DNA from: a virus
Lineage: Duplodnaviria > Caudoviricetes
Length of the DNA stretch: 45,089 nt
IMG/VR virus record: IMGVR_UViG_3300017766_004457
Span: 1 to 45,089 of that record
Reading direction: 5' to 3' (one strand)
The notes beneath the pieces were generated by a model, which searched no databases, was not told the DNA's origin, and saw only the letters and a program-made list of their open reading frames with translations. The position numbers and the translations under genes are program-made. Shown piece after piece: positions 18,690 through 28,654 of this stretch (within the stretch, counting starts at the first letter, position 1; every line of letters begins with the position of its first letter).

Positions 18690-19523
18690 TCAGTTTACTT
18701 CATTCTCCGCAAAAAACGCGTCAAAAAAGCCCGTTATTTTACGCATGTGCGCCTCCCCGTAGTGCGCTGCCGTGCTCAACCGAGTGTTCTTTAAGAACTC
18801 TGTGGAGTTCCAATACTGCCCTAGCTGCGCTTTGAGCTGCTCCGAAAGAGCCTCTACATAAGCCCTAGCAGCCACCTTCGTTGAGGGTACAGCGGCGCGC
18901 TCCCTCCCTAGGCGGAACACGCTAAGGATCTCCTCTGCGTTAAAACGGCGAGCGCGGTATAACGACTTTGCGTCCTGCCTATCGTTGATCTCGGCAATGC
19001 GCGCCGCCTGACAGGCCTCTAGGAGCTGCAGGTTGGATGCTTGGTCAGGCGATACCCTCAGCTTCTCTTTCAGGTAACGCACCGGATTGGAGATGTCTAA
19101 GTCCTCCTCCTTATATCGTTTGCTGTTCAGGTACTGCTCAACACTGTTCGGAAGCTCAAAGCTACTAAGCGGTGCAGCCTTCTGGGGAGCGAGGATAGAA
19201 GCAGCCTTCGGGGGAGCTGGGAGGGGAGCTGCCTTCTGGGGCGCTGGGAGGGGCGCAGTCTTTTGGGGAGCTGCCGTCAACGACTTGACGAGCGGCGCGC
19301 TCTCCGTCAGCACGAACAGCGACTCCTCAATCAACGTATCCGTAACCACCGTAGGGTACTTCTGCCGGTACTTAAACAGCACCGCCAACAGCTCCCTGTA
19401 GACTGCAGACGAGGGGTCCTGCGCCGCGAGCTGAAAAGCCTCTAACGACAAGTTGTCTTCGCGCATGATAGTGGACATCACGTTAGTAAGGTCCTGTACA
19501 AACACACTTCTACTCGGGGTCAT
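18690..19523 (-). CDS. Hypothetical two-domain protein with an (APQKAAPLP)n linker
   Basis: 277 aa; four degenerate Pro/Ala repeats at about 19170-19275. Confidence 0.75.
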   Translation of the reverse strand: MTPSRSVFVQDLTNVMSTIMREDNLSLEAFQLAAQDPSSAVYRELLAVLFKYRQKYPTVVTDTLIEESLFVLTESAPLVKSLTAAPQKTAPLPAPQKAAPLPAPPKAASILAPQKAAPLSSFELPNSVEQYLNSKRYKEEDLDISNPVRYLKEKLRVSPDQASNLQLLEACQAARIAEINDRQDAKSLYRARRFNAEEILSVFRLGRERAAVPSTKVAARAYVEALSEQLKAQLGQYWNSTEFLKNTRLSTAAHYGEAHMRKITGFFDAFFAENEVN

Positions 19524-19541
19524 TTTTATATTTGATCCTTA

Positions 19542-22172
19542 TCAGAGGAGGGAGCTGCCGCGCACAGGGCGATCAAACTCAAAGGTGGCCTCAGCCTCGG
19601 GAGCCGGAGCGCTTGACTCTTCTTCTGCGCCACGGACGCGCACCCAGCGGTTGCCGTAGTTAAAACGGCGGTTCTCCCAGCCCAGGCGCTTCAAGGACTC
19701 GCTGATGTGGTTGCGCAGCTGCGCCTCCTTGATATCAGGGGCATAGGTGCGCACCACCGCCAAGATCGTCTTCAGCTCTATCTTATCTTGACCTTGGAGG
19801 AGCAGCGTCTCTACAGCGCGCTGCGTCGCGAGGTGCAGATTCGTCTCCGCCATAAACTGCTCATTATGGAGCGCCTGCGCTGCCATCCATGCGCGCGGCA
19901 GATTCCAGTTCTCCACCTGCACACCATTAAACCAAACGCGGTCTGCGTGTGCCGGAGCATTACCTTCTACGACACGCTGGTAAGCCTGCGCGTAGATTTG
20001 CTCTATGTTCTGCCGAAGCCACGCAAGGTCTAACGCTGGGACTCCGCCCACCGAGAAGTGCAGGTCATTAAAACAATCAATAACGAGGAATCTTCTGTTG
20101 CCGGTGTTGTCCGTCAGAAACTTCTCGTCATTACTGTTCGTGAAAATAAAGCAGTTCTTCCACACCCGAGAAGGCTGGCGCTCATAAGGCCGGCGGATGT
20201 TAAAGCTGTCAGTCGTAATGAAAGCCTTAACCTCCTTCATGGTGGTGTTATTGCTGGTGCTGATCGCCTCGGGGCACTCAGCGATGAACACACCCTCCAG
20301 GGTAATCGCGGAGTCTTTAACATCCTTGGCGCTCATGGAGATACCATCGAGCTTGCAGTAGTCCTTGTTAATGTGCCCCGGCGTCAAATGCTCCACCAAC
20401 CCGAAGATCGGGACGAGCGAAGACTTGCCGCATCCTTGGGGGCCTGCGAACAGCGCGGTGTGCTGACCGCCGCCGCTCTCGTACAGGCTGAAGATGTTAT
20501 GCACCGTAGAGAGCGCGATTACTTTGCCATACTGGGTATACAGCTCGTAGTTCTGTGCGCCCTGCTCCAAGTGCAGAACAGAGTTGAGCCATGACTGCCC
20601 GCCTTCGTCTCCGAGACGGTCTACACCGTCCCACACCAGGGAAGACACGAAGTCTGCAACAGGGTCAAACTCGTGCTGCTGCGCCACAGTATGAATAGCG
20701 CGATCAAACTCTGTAATCGCAGGATTAGCCGTCGGCATATATCGTTGCATAATATCGTGCAGCAACGCGTTCAGAATAGGATCGGTGTACGCCACCCACT
20801 CGTTCGGGGAGAGGCGCTTGAAGGGGAAGAGCGCGCTGACCAAGGAGCGATGAACAACTACTTGACGCTTGCGGGTGTTCAGGCGGAACATACCCTTAAA
20901 GCGACCGTCACCCTCCAAGATGGCGTTAAAATTCAGGAAGTTACAGATGGGCTTCCCTTTAGGATCGCGCTGAAGCGCCAAAGGTACGCCATAGTACATC
21001 CAGGAAGTGTGCGCTTCTCCGACTGCTTGAGGATTTAGCACCCACAGACCATTCTTGGTATAGCTCTTACTCGCGGCGACAGAAGTATAGAACTTGAGCG
21101 CCGGCTTATTATTGATCACAACCATCTGCGCAAAACCGTTACAGTCGCCTGCAGATAGCTGTGCATCTGGGTTACTACGAGGAACATCTTTCAGCATGCG
21201 CACGCGTATCTTGGAGATGCCCTCGTCAGTCATTTTACAGAACAACTCGTGCGCCGTAAGTACCTGCGCGGAATCCCCAACCTGAACCAAGACCTCATAG
21301 TCCCCTGCGATGTCCGTCGCTGGGAGCTTGGATGCGCGGGCCTCGTGCACAGCCTCCGTAATCGGAGCGCCGAGCTTCGCAGATGCCGTCGCAGAGGCGG
21401 CAGCCGCCGGCAGGGCTATCTGCTCTAACCACAGGCGGTTTTGAGGAGCGCACAGATCAGCGAACACTTCGCGCGTCTGCTTTACATTCTCCTTACTCTT
21501 CAAGTTGAGCGAGCCCACATCGCGGCACTTACGAGCCCCAATACTCTTGGCGACCGTCATATCAAACAAGGGCAGACCTGCTTGCTCGTTCACAGCAGCT
21601 GCGATCAACGGGATGGCTGCCTTGTACTGTAGATAGTTAAAACGCGCAGTGTTGCTCAGCGCGGAAACTTCTGCACGTGCATCTTCCGACCAGCCCTCAT
21701 CATCCGCGAGCCAATAATGCAGGTGCGCGCCATTCCCAGAGAACACAATCTTTGTGGGGCGACCAACGAAGGGCTGGAGCAGCTCAACAGCGCGCTCCAC
21801 CACTGGGCGAACCTCTGCAATCGTCTCGTCCTCGGACAGAAGGGACTGCACATAGAACTCCGCAGGGTTCTTAATAGCGCTGCGAAGCTCCTCGGGCAAC
21901 GAGGCCACGCGGGTCTGCGCGCGCTCCAGCAACGAGGGTGTAACCGCCACGATTTCCTTGTAGTCAATATCAAAGAACGCGGATGCGAGCTTGCGGCAGT
22001 TCTCCTCCGTGAGTTTATTAGCGGTGACAGCGAAGAACCCGCTGTGAATATAGATAGTCTCTCCGATGCTGTGCTTGAAGTTAGCGAACAGCTCCGGACA
22101 GGGAGAGGGGGGAACAGCTTGAGTCTTATTGAACGGGATCTTCACAGGAACTCCTAGTGCCGAGTCATACAC
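19542..22172 (-). CDS. Primase-helicase fusion (AEP/RepB-like primase plus VapE-type P-loop helicase)
   Basis: FFDID and FSGNGAHLHYWL primase motifs; FDPV..WDG, GPQGCGKS, KAFIT..RRPY, N.EKFLTDNTGNRRF and QIYAQA VapE motifs. Confidence 0.9.
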   Translation of the reverse strand: MYDSALGVPVKIPFNKTQAVPPSPCPELFANFKHSIGETIYIHSGFFAVTANKLTEENCRKLASAFFDIDYKEIVAVTPSLLERAQTRVASLPEELRSAIKNPAEFYVQSLLSEDETIAEVRPVVERAVELLQPFVGRPTKIVFSGNGAHLHYWLADDEGWSEDARAEVSALSNTARFNYLQYKAAIPLIAAAVNEQAGLPLFDMTVAKSIGARKCRDVGSLNLKSKENVKQTREVFADLCAPQNRLWLEQIALPAAAASATASAKLGAPITEAVHEARASKLPATDIAGDYEVLVQVGDSAQVLTAHELFCKMTDEGISKIRVRMLKDVPRSNPDAQLSAGDCNGFAQMVVINNKPALKFYTSVAASKSYTKNGLWVLNPQAVGEAHTSWMYYGVPLALQRDPKGKPICNFLNFNAILEGDGRFKGMFRLNTRKRQVVVHRSLVSALFPFKRLSPNEWVAYTDPILNALLHDIMQRYMPTANPAITEFDRAIHTVAQQHEFDPVADFVSSLVWDGVDRLGDEGGQSWLNSVLHLEQGAQNYELYTQYGKVIALSTVHNIFSLYESGGGQHTALFAGPQGCGKSSLVPIFGLVEHLTPGHINKDYCKLDGISMSAKDVKDSAITLEGVFIAECPEAISTSNNTTMKEVKAFITTDSFNIRRPYERQPSRVWKNCFIFTNSNDEKFLTDNTGNRRFLVIDCFNDLHFSVGGVPALDLAWLRQNIEQIYAQAYQRVVEGNAPAHADRVWFNGVQVENWNLPRAWMAAQALHNEQFMAETNLHLATQRAVETLLLQGQDKIELKTILAVVRTYAPDIKEAQLRNHISESLKRLGWENRRFNYGNRWVRVRGAEEESSAPAPEAEATFEFDRPVRGSSLL

Positions 22173-22194
22173 CCACTCGACTTAGTGTGATGTA

Positions 22195-22222
22195 TGTATA
22201 ACAGTCCCCCGCAGGATGTCAA
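22195..22222 (-). promoter_or_regulatory. Putative sigma70-type promoter for the primase gene
   Basis: TTGACA-N16-TATACA with an extended TG. Confidence 0.6.
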
Positions 22223-22229
22223 GACAAAG

Positions 22230-22781
22230 TTATCCCTCTTTTTTTCTCTCGCTCCAGAGCGCGTTAACTTCGCCCCTGCGAAGAAGCTGTGGTCCTTGGA
22301 TGATGCGCTCTGCGTTGTTGACCACTTCTTCCTGAGCCATGTCTATCAGTGCGCAAGGGCCCACTTGTTCGGCGTGAAGTTGTGCGATGGCGTCCTTTAC
22401 GAGCGTGAGGACTTGCCCGCAGGCGCGTAAAGTGAAAGCCGACAGCTCAGTCAGAATAAAATTCCCCTCAGGAAGCCCAAAAAATGAGGAAAGCGAGCGA
22501 GTATGGAACTCTGGATCGCCGGAAAGCACTATAAGAATGCAGTCTAAGAAACATTGCGCCGCATGAATAGCGCTCTCCTCATCAAGACCCGCAGCCTGTA
22601 GCGCAAAAGGGATCTCACAGCGTACTAGCAGCAATAGCGCGCAGTAGTCATGTGACCACGCCGCCGCGCCCGTCTTATTTGTAATCTCTAACACGGCGTC
22701 TGCAATATCCTCTTTTGCGACGTCTTTAGGAATATGTGTATTCGTATAATGAGAGAAGCTGGGAGTAAAAAGCTCTAGCAT
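22230..22781 (-). CDS. Hypothetical protein
   Basis: 183-aa ORF filling the gap between primase and exonuclease genes. Confidence 0.65.
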   Translation of the reverse strand: MLELFTPSFSHYTNTHIPKDVAKEDIADAVLEITNKTGAAAWSHDYCALLLLVRCEIPFALQAAGLDEESAIHAAQCFLDCILIVLSGDPEFHTRSLSSFFGLPEGNFILTELSAFTLRACGQVLTLVKDAIAQLHAEQVGPCALIDMAQEEVVNNAERIIQGPQLLRRGEVNALWSERKKEG

Positions 22782-22835
22782 CTTGTATGGTCGCTTTCGT
22801 TACTTGAAAAACACAAGGTTCTGTGACATTCTTGC

Positions 22836-22864
22836 TTGCACAATGCACAAAATCAAGGTATATT
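22836..22864 (+). promoter_or_regulatory. Putative sigma70-type promoter for the exonuclease-helicase genes
   Basis: TTGCAC-N17-TATATT followed by a TAGGAG RBS. Confidence 0.55.
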
Positions 22865-22894
22865 TTCTAAGGAACATAAATAGGAGTAATACAA

Positions 22895-24052
22895 TTGGCA
22901 TTTACACACGTTAGCGCGTCATCTATAAAGCTCTTCCAAACCTGTCAAAAACGCTGGTACTTTAAGTACATTCTAGGGCATCAAGAGGGTAGTTCTCCTG
23001 CGATGGATCTCGGCAGTGAGGTGCATAGCATCCTGGAGGCGCAGCTCAAAAAAGAAGTGCTCCCGCCGAGCAGCTTTGCTCGGGACATCGCGGAGACAGG
23101 GTTTCATTTATTGCCTGATCCTCGTGCGTGTACCTTGAAGGTAGAGCAGTCTCTAGATGACTATCCTCTGCCGGGGCTCCCGATCCCCTTTAAGGGTTTT
23201 ATTGACTGCGTCATTGAAACTGCGGACGGGGTCGAGATTCTGGACCATAAAACCACATCTCATTTTAAGTATGCGAAAACACCTATAGAGCTATCTTCGG
23301 ATACGCAGATGATCATATATGCCAAGCATTTACTGCATCATTATGATCTGCTTTCGGAGATCACGCTCTCGCATATAGCGTACCTAACAAAAGAGCCGCT
23401 TGCGAAGGCTCAAAAAAGCTCCGTCACAGTCTCCCGAGAGCACGTAGATGCCGTGTTTAACCACATCCTAGATATCGTAAACGAGATGCTACGTGTTTGT
23501 GCTGAGCCTTTAAGCTCGCAAGAGCGAAACGAGAAGCAGTGCTACGTATATGGTAAGCGCTGCCCCTTCTACACCGACTGTTTTAACACCCTTTCTTCCC
23601 CCTTGGTGACCGATATGTCTGAGACTCAAATGAGCGTCCTTGAGAAGCTGCGCCGTCCGCGCAACGCGGCACAGAATGCACCTGCGGCACAGAATGCGCC
23701 CCTCCCAGTTGTTGTTACTGAGAGCGTACTTGGCGCTAACCCCGCACCTTCATTAACTGCCGAACCTGCGAGACCTATGACTGCGCTGTACGTAGACTGT
23801 CGTCCGCTAAATGGCCGCGTGGCGCACATTGAGGAAGTACTTGAGCCCCTCTGCGACCGTATATGCGCTGCGGAAACCGCACCTTCCCTGGAGACCATCG
23901 CTTTTGGGCAGGGCTATGGCCTCCTCAACCTCGCGCTGAAGTCCTTTAAGGCGACGGAGAGTGCCTATGTAAATAGCGCCTCTCCCTTGTATGTTCGCTG
24001 TCAAAAAGCGCTGCACTCCGCATTTGATACTATTGTTGTCGCGGTCCGCTAA
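22895..24052 (+). CDS. Cas4/RecB-like PD-(D/E)XK exonuclease with Fe-S cysteines and an extra C-terminal domain
   Basis: SASSI..CQKRW, GSEVH, GFIDC..ILDHKT, QMIIY and C-x6-CPFYTDC motifs; TTG start with TAGGAG RBS. Confidence 0.88.
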   Translation: MAFTHVSASSIKLFQTCQKRWYFKYILGHQEGSSPAMDLGSEVHSILEAQLKKEVLPPSSFARDIAETGFHLLPDPRACTLKVEQSLDDYPLPGLPIPFKGFIDCVIETADGVEILDHKTTSHFKYAKTPIELSSDTQMIIYAKHLLHHYDLLSEITLSHIAYLTKEPLAKAQKSSVTVSREHVDAVFNHILDIVNEMLRVCAEPLSSQERNEKQCYVYGKRCPFYTDCFNTLSSPLVTDMSETQMSVLEKLRRPRNAAQNAPAAQNAPLPVVVTESVLGANPAPSLTAEPARPMTALYVDCRPLNGRVAHIEEVLEPLCDRICAAETAPSLETIAFGQGYGLLNLALKSFKATESAYVNSASPLYVRCQKALHSAFDTIVVAVR

Positions 24053-24067
24053 AAGGAAAAAGATTAA

Positions 24068-25735
24068 ATGTCCGAGATTATAAGCGTTACCGATGCTGTG
24101 CGCATCGCGGCGATTCCAAGAACAGAGATTAAAGTAGAAGAGCGAGACCTCGAGGAATTGACTCGGCAGCTGAGCTGCACGACCCATTCTTTTAAGCTCA
24201 AGCCACTGCAAGCGCTGGCGCTGCTGCATACAAAGCGGGCAGGTGGTCTACTAGGGTTACTAGGGTGCGGCGCAGGTAAGACCCTGCTGTCGGCGGTGCT
24301 TCCTACCTTTTTGAATAGTCAGCGCCCCCTACTACTCGTTCCGGCGGCGCTGCTAGAGAAGACGCACATAGAGTTTGCGGAGTGGGCTAAGTATTTTATT
24401 GTGAAAAACATTAAGGTGCTTAGTTATGAGCGGTTAAGTCGGGCCTCGGGGCTTGAGGAGCTAAAATTATATGCCCCGGACCTTGTGGTTTGCGACGAGG
24501 CGCACAACTTAAAGGACATAAGCAGCGCTCGCACCTTGCGTATCGGAGCTTACCTAGAAGCACATCCCGAGTGTGTCGCGGTGTTCCTCAGCGGGACACT
24601 ACTAAACAAGAGCGTGCATAACATAGCGCACCTCTCCGCGTGGGCTTTAGGAGCAGCGTCCCCTTTCCCGTTGGATCTGCGCACCGTCGCAGAGTGGGAT
24701 GAGCTGATCTACGGGGATTCTAATAGCTACGCGGAGTTCCGATATGCTCCGGTGCAGCGCTTTGCCCCTAATGGGTCGGCACGTGAGGCGCTGTTTGCAC
24801 GGCTGAGCACCTGTGCGGGAGTAGTGCTCACAGACAAAGACATTGTGGAGTCTGGGCTAACGCTCGTGCGAGTCCGGTGCGAAGTTCCGCAGGAGCTGCG
24901 CGCCAAGATTAACCACTGCATAGAGCAGGGCGTAGTAGATGCGTTGGCTGATCTTCCTGAGATTGAGGAGATCATGGCGAGCGAGCATCTTTGGGCTTCG
25001 CGAGACGAGTTCTTGATGAGGGCGCTGTCTCAAGTTTTCTCAGGGTTCTTATACTTTTGGCAGTGGCCCAATAATATCCCTGATGAGCGGTGGTTAGATA
25101 CACGGCGCACTTGGTCCCGAACGGCTAGAAAAATATTGGAGTATAACCTTCCGGGATTTGACACCTTAGGGCTGGTGGAGCGCGGTTTCGATTCCTTGCC
25201 ATCAGATGTGAAGCAATACGCAGAGCCCGCGTATCACGCGTGGTTCACATCCGGAGAGTATCGTAAACAGCCTCCGCCTAAGCGCAGTGTGTGGGTAAGT
25301 ACATACTTGATTGATGCTGTGCAATCCCTCTTAAAGAAGATCGCAAAGCCGACGCTGATATGGGTCAACTTTAAGGAGCTTGGATCGCAGCTATCGGAGC
25401 GGCTAAATATCCCCTATATTGAAGGGGGTATGGAAGTTCCTGCTTATGAGGGGCAGTCGCTAATCCTGTCCATAAAGAGCCACGGGACAGGGAAGAATCT
25501 CCAAGCGTGGGCCAACAATATTGTAGCCGCTCCTCTGAGCGATCCCGCCGCGTGGGAACAGCTTATTGCTCGAACACATCGTCAAGGACAGCTAGCGGAT
25601 GAGGTTACGGTGTACTGCTTTAATCACGCGCTGTTTGGGGCTGCGCTGAATAGAGCGCGCTTTATGAGTAAGGCGGTGGGGGATTGTACGGGCAAGCAAC
25701 AGCGACTAAACTACGCTACTGTCATAACGCTCTAA
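24068..25735 (+). CDS. Superfamily 2 (SNF2-like) DNA helicase
   Basis: GCGAGKT, SYE, DEAH, LSGT, GTGKNLQ and QLIARTHRQGQ motifs. Confidence 0.9.
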   Translation: MSEIISVTDAVRIAAIPRTEIKVEERDLEELTRQLSCTTHSFKLKPLQALALLHTKRAGGLLGLLGCGAGKTLLSAVLPTFLNSQRPLLLVPAALLEKTHIEFAEWAKYFIVKNIKVLSYERLSRASGLEELKLYAPDLVVCDEAHNLKDISSARTLRIGAYLEAHPECVAVFLSGTLLNKSVHNIAHLSAWALGAASPFPLDLRTVAEWDELIYGDSNSYAEFRYAPVQRFAPNGSAREALFARLSTCAGVVLTDKDIVESGLTLVRVRCEVPQELRAKINHCIEQGVVDALADLPEIEEIMASEHLWASRDEFLMRALSQVFSGFLYFWQWPNNIPDERWLDTRRTWSRTARKILEYNLPGFDTLGLVERGFDSLPSDVKQYAEPAYHAWFTSGEYRKQPPPKRSVWVSTYLIDAVQSLLKKIAKPTLIWVNFKELGSQLSERLNIPYIEGGMEVPAYEGQSLILSIKSHGTGKNLQAWANNIVAAPLSDPAAWEQLIARTHRQGQLADEVTVYCFNHALFGAALNRARFMSKAVGDCTGKQQRLNYATVITL

Positions 25736-25835
25736 ACCTAGTAGCCCCGCCGCGTATAATGTTGTACATTAGCTCATGTACAACATTATAAACGATCGCT
25801 TATTTAGCTCTCGCGGAAAGAAAGGAGCGTTTACT

Positions 25836-26513
25836 ATGTATGATGACGAAGACGAATATGAGATCGAAGCGGTTATTGCGGAAGATCTCCCGTTAGCAGA
25901 GGATTTTCCTGCGCTACCGGAAGAAAACCCTTTTATCCCTACAAGAATGCTGACCCACGATGCCCGCATTATGGGGATGCAAGTACCTGCAAATAACGAC
26001 TATTTTAAGTGTAATGATTATGAGCGCCGATGCTGGCGCTCCGCAGTTGAGGAAGCTATGGCTCGCGGCATTATGGAGCACGCCGATTTAGGGCGCTTGT
26101 TTAGCCTTAGTAAGCAGGCCGTGATCTTCATAAGGAAGCAGGTACTCAACAGTTGGACCTCAGGCTTAACCCCTGAGACGATAAACTTAAGGCGAGAGCA
26201 GCTCTACCGCGAAGTGGACCGCGTTAAGCATAACGCGTGGGCTTATTTTGAGGCGGGGAAGCAAAACGGTGCAGATGTTAAGGAGCAGGGCGCGCTCCTT
26301 AAGCTCGTACTGGATGCCAGTAGCGCGCAGGTAAAAATGTGCGGGCTTAACTCTGTGAATGTGCAGCTTGAGCATACGGTCGCAGCCAAATTTAAGACCT
26401 CCTCAGATTTTGAGCAGGAAGCCGCTAAGCTGCTGGGTGTGGATGTAACTACATTAGCATCCCTCGGGAACTTAATCGCCAGTAAGATCGGGGAGACCGA
26501 GAATGAAGACTGA
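25836..26513 (+). CDS. Putative terminase small subunit
   Basis: Likely start MYDDEDE after AAAGGAG; HTH-like segment (HADLGRLFSLSKQAV); helical; overlaps the terL start. Confidence 0.65.
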   Translation: MYDDEDEYEIEAVIAEDLPLAEDFPALPEENPFIPTRMLTHDARIMGMQVPANNDYFKCNDYERRCWRSAVEEAMARGIMEHADLGRLFSLSKQAVIFIRKQVLNSWTSGLTPETINLRREQLYREVDRVKHNAWAYFEAGKQNGADVKEQGALLKLVLDASSAQVKMCGLNSVNVQLEHTVAAKFKTSSDFEQEAAKLLGVDVTTLASLGNLIASKIGETENED

Positions 26514-28173
26514 TAACGCGGTTGCACAGCTAGTTACGCATAAAGAGGGGCGGCGCTTACTCTCCTTGAAGTCACCTAGCTTCTTCGCGGCGTACTACAT
26601 GGGGCTGAAGTACCTTAAGCATCAAGATAGGTGGCTCACAAAAGCGACGGAGCTAGCGAACACCGCAAAGGCTAGGAAGAGCAAAGAGAAGCTACTAGTG
26701 CTAGCTCCTCGAGGACACGGCAAGAGCTACCTCTCGCTGATTCATGCGGTGTGGCGATTATGCACCGATAGAAACTGCACCATCCTGATAGTCTCTGCGA
26801 CAGCAGGCCAAGCCGAGAAGCGCCTGAAGGCGATACGTGCGTACTTAGAGGATCCTAAAATCATCGCGGATTGGGGTAGCGACGACCTGCCGCCTTTTCA
26901 GGACGAGACTACCAGCTGGTTGACCAACCGGATATACCTGAAGCGCGACGGCAAGATCATAGACCCGTCTGTAGAGGCTATCGGTATTGGAGGGGCGGTC
27001 ACCGGCGCGCACGTAGACATCATCATATTGGATGACGTTGAGGACAGCACCACAGCTAACTCTGATGCGCTGCGCCGGCGCTCCAAGGAGTGGTTGAACG
27101 GTACGCTGCTACCCATCCTAAACCGAGGCGGGCTGCTACTGACCATTGGTACGCGCAAGGGCAGTAACGATTTATACGCTGATATGCTCGCAGATCCAAC
27201 GACCTACGCAATCGTGGACAGCGCGATTATTAAGTACCCTAGCAGCTACGAGTTTATTGTGGAGCGCCAAGACGGAAGAGATGTGCTCAAGGACATCATT
27301 ATCGAGGGTGAGGATGAAGCGGAGGTTCTATGGCCGGAAGAACGTCCTCTGCGATTCCTGCTGATGGAGCTAGCCACCGTAGGGTCCAAGATGTTCGCAA
27401 GGGAGATGCAGAACAAACCGATCTCCGACGATGATGCTGTCTTCAAGACAGAGTGGGTGACCGCCGCGCAAGCACGCGGTAAAGACTATTCCTTCGGTGA
27501 TGTACCTGCGGACTGCGAATCGTTTGTAGTCGGAATCGACTTTGCGCTCAATACGAACCCTGACGTCGCACGGCGTAACGATAGCGACTACACCGTACTT
27601 ACGTGCCTCGCTGCGGATAGCGCAGGTAACCGATACTTGGTAGACATGGAGCGCTTCAGAGGGCTTACTCCGGACGAGATGTACAGCCGCGTCGTTAACT
27701 TCTGTAAGCGACAGCCCCTCATGGTGGCCGAAGTACGAGTAGAACGTAACAGCTTCGGTATGCTGCATGCGCTCGCGCTGAAGGGGCGAACTGACCTGCC
27801 TTTGAGGGAGCATCTGACCACAAAGAAGTCTAAGAACGAGGGGATTGCGCGCATCGCAGTGCTCTTGGAGAACGGCAAGTTTATCTTCCCCCATAGGACG
27901 CAAGAGGATAAGAACCGCGTGCGCGTCCTCGCAGATGAGCTGCTTACCTTCCCGCTGGGGGCACATGACGACACGGTGATGAGCTTAAGCATCGCAGAGA
28001 GCGCGCTGCTTACTGCGAGCTTCGCTTACAGCTTCGCACTTAGCGACAAAGTTGTGAGCGATAACCGAGCAGGGACGCAGCATGAGGAGCATTACGATGA
28101 AGCCGTCGCAGAGGAGCAGACCTTAGAAGATATCTGGAAGGAGATCAGCGAGGGCTGGACGGATAACGATTAG
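26503..28173 (+). CDS. terL: Terminase large subunit
   Basis: APRGHGKS Walker A, IIILDDVE Walker B, IGT coupling motif, GIDFA..SDYT and HDDTV nuclease motifs. Confidence 0.96.
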   Translation: MKTDNAVAQLVTHKEGRRLLSLKSPSFFAAYYMGLKYLKHQDRWLTKATELANTAKARKSKEKLLVLAPRGHGKSYLSLIHAVWRLCTDRNCTILIVSATAGQAEKRLKAIRAYLEDPKIIADWGSDDLPPFQDETTSWLTNRIYLKRDGKIIDPSVEAIGIGGAVTGAHVDIIILDDVEDSTTANSDALRRRSKEWLNGTLLPILNRGGLLLTIGTRKGSNDLYADMLADPTTYAIVDSAIIKYPSSYEFIVERQDGRDVLKDIIIEGEDEAEVLWPEERPLRFLLMELATVGSKMFAREMQNKPISDDDAVFKTEWVTAAQARGKDYSFGDVPADCESFVVGIDFALNTNPDVARRNDSDYTVLTCLAADSAGNRYLVDMERFRGLTPDEMYSRVVNFCKRQPLMVAEVRVERNSFGMLHALALKGRTDLPLREHLTTKKSKNEGIARIAVLLENGKFIFPHRTQEDKNRVRVLADELLTFPLGAHDDTVMSLSIAESALLTASFAYSFALSDKVVSDNRAGTQHEEHYDEAVAEEQTLEDIWKEISEGWTDND

Positions 28174-28654
28174 TTTCCTGTGCGCGCATAAACAAGAGTC
28201 GCCGCCGGTTGAACTCCACAGGTGGCGCTTCCAATGCGTCTACGTCTAGAGTGAACACCATAGGGCTGCCCTTGACTTCCCCATAGAAGATCACAAGCGC
28301 GAGCGCGGTGCGATACACTCCTTCTTCAACGCGGCCCTGCAAGAAGAAGATGTCCTTCGCATGAGACACTATGAACTTCCAGAGGGGGCTCGTGGTGCTT
28401 ACCTTGCAGAGTAGTACGCAGCGCGCCGGCTTCTTAACCTGCATCTCCATGATTTTCTTGGCGATGGTTAAGGTGTCCTCTAAAGACTCCGCAGCCATGT
28501 TAAAGAAGCAGCACTGCCCAAGACCCCCCTCCACTGTAAAGTCTGAATGTTTGCACGCGCGATGCGCCATCGGCTGCTCTAGATTCACATTCCCATCTAG
28601 CGTAAGTGGACCCCAGTGAGTATCAATCTCTATAAATAAACGGTCGTCCTTCAT
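28145..28654 (-). CDS. Phage Dam-family adenine methyltransferase homolog with a degenerate catalytic motif
   Basis: LFIEID..GPLTLD, FT..GL, VLLCKVSTTSPLW, IFFLQGRV and ALVIF follow the phage Dam layout, but NPPY reads NMAA; start in a TAATG overlap with the resolvase stop. Confidence 0.6.
   Translation of the reverse strand: MKDDRLFIEIDTHWGPLTLDGNVNLEQPMAHRACKHSDFTVEGGLGQCCFFNMAAESLEDTLTIAKKIMEMQVKKPARCVLLCKVSTTSPLWKFIVSHAKDIFFLQGRVEEGVYRTALALVIFYGEVKGSPMVFTLDVDALEAPPVEFNRRRLLFMRAQETNRYPSSPR

Noticed and set aside
22895-24052. CRISPR-associated cas4
   Set aside because: Stand-alone Cas4/RecB-like nucleases beside helicases are common phage recombination genes; no cas1/cas2 or array is present
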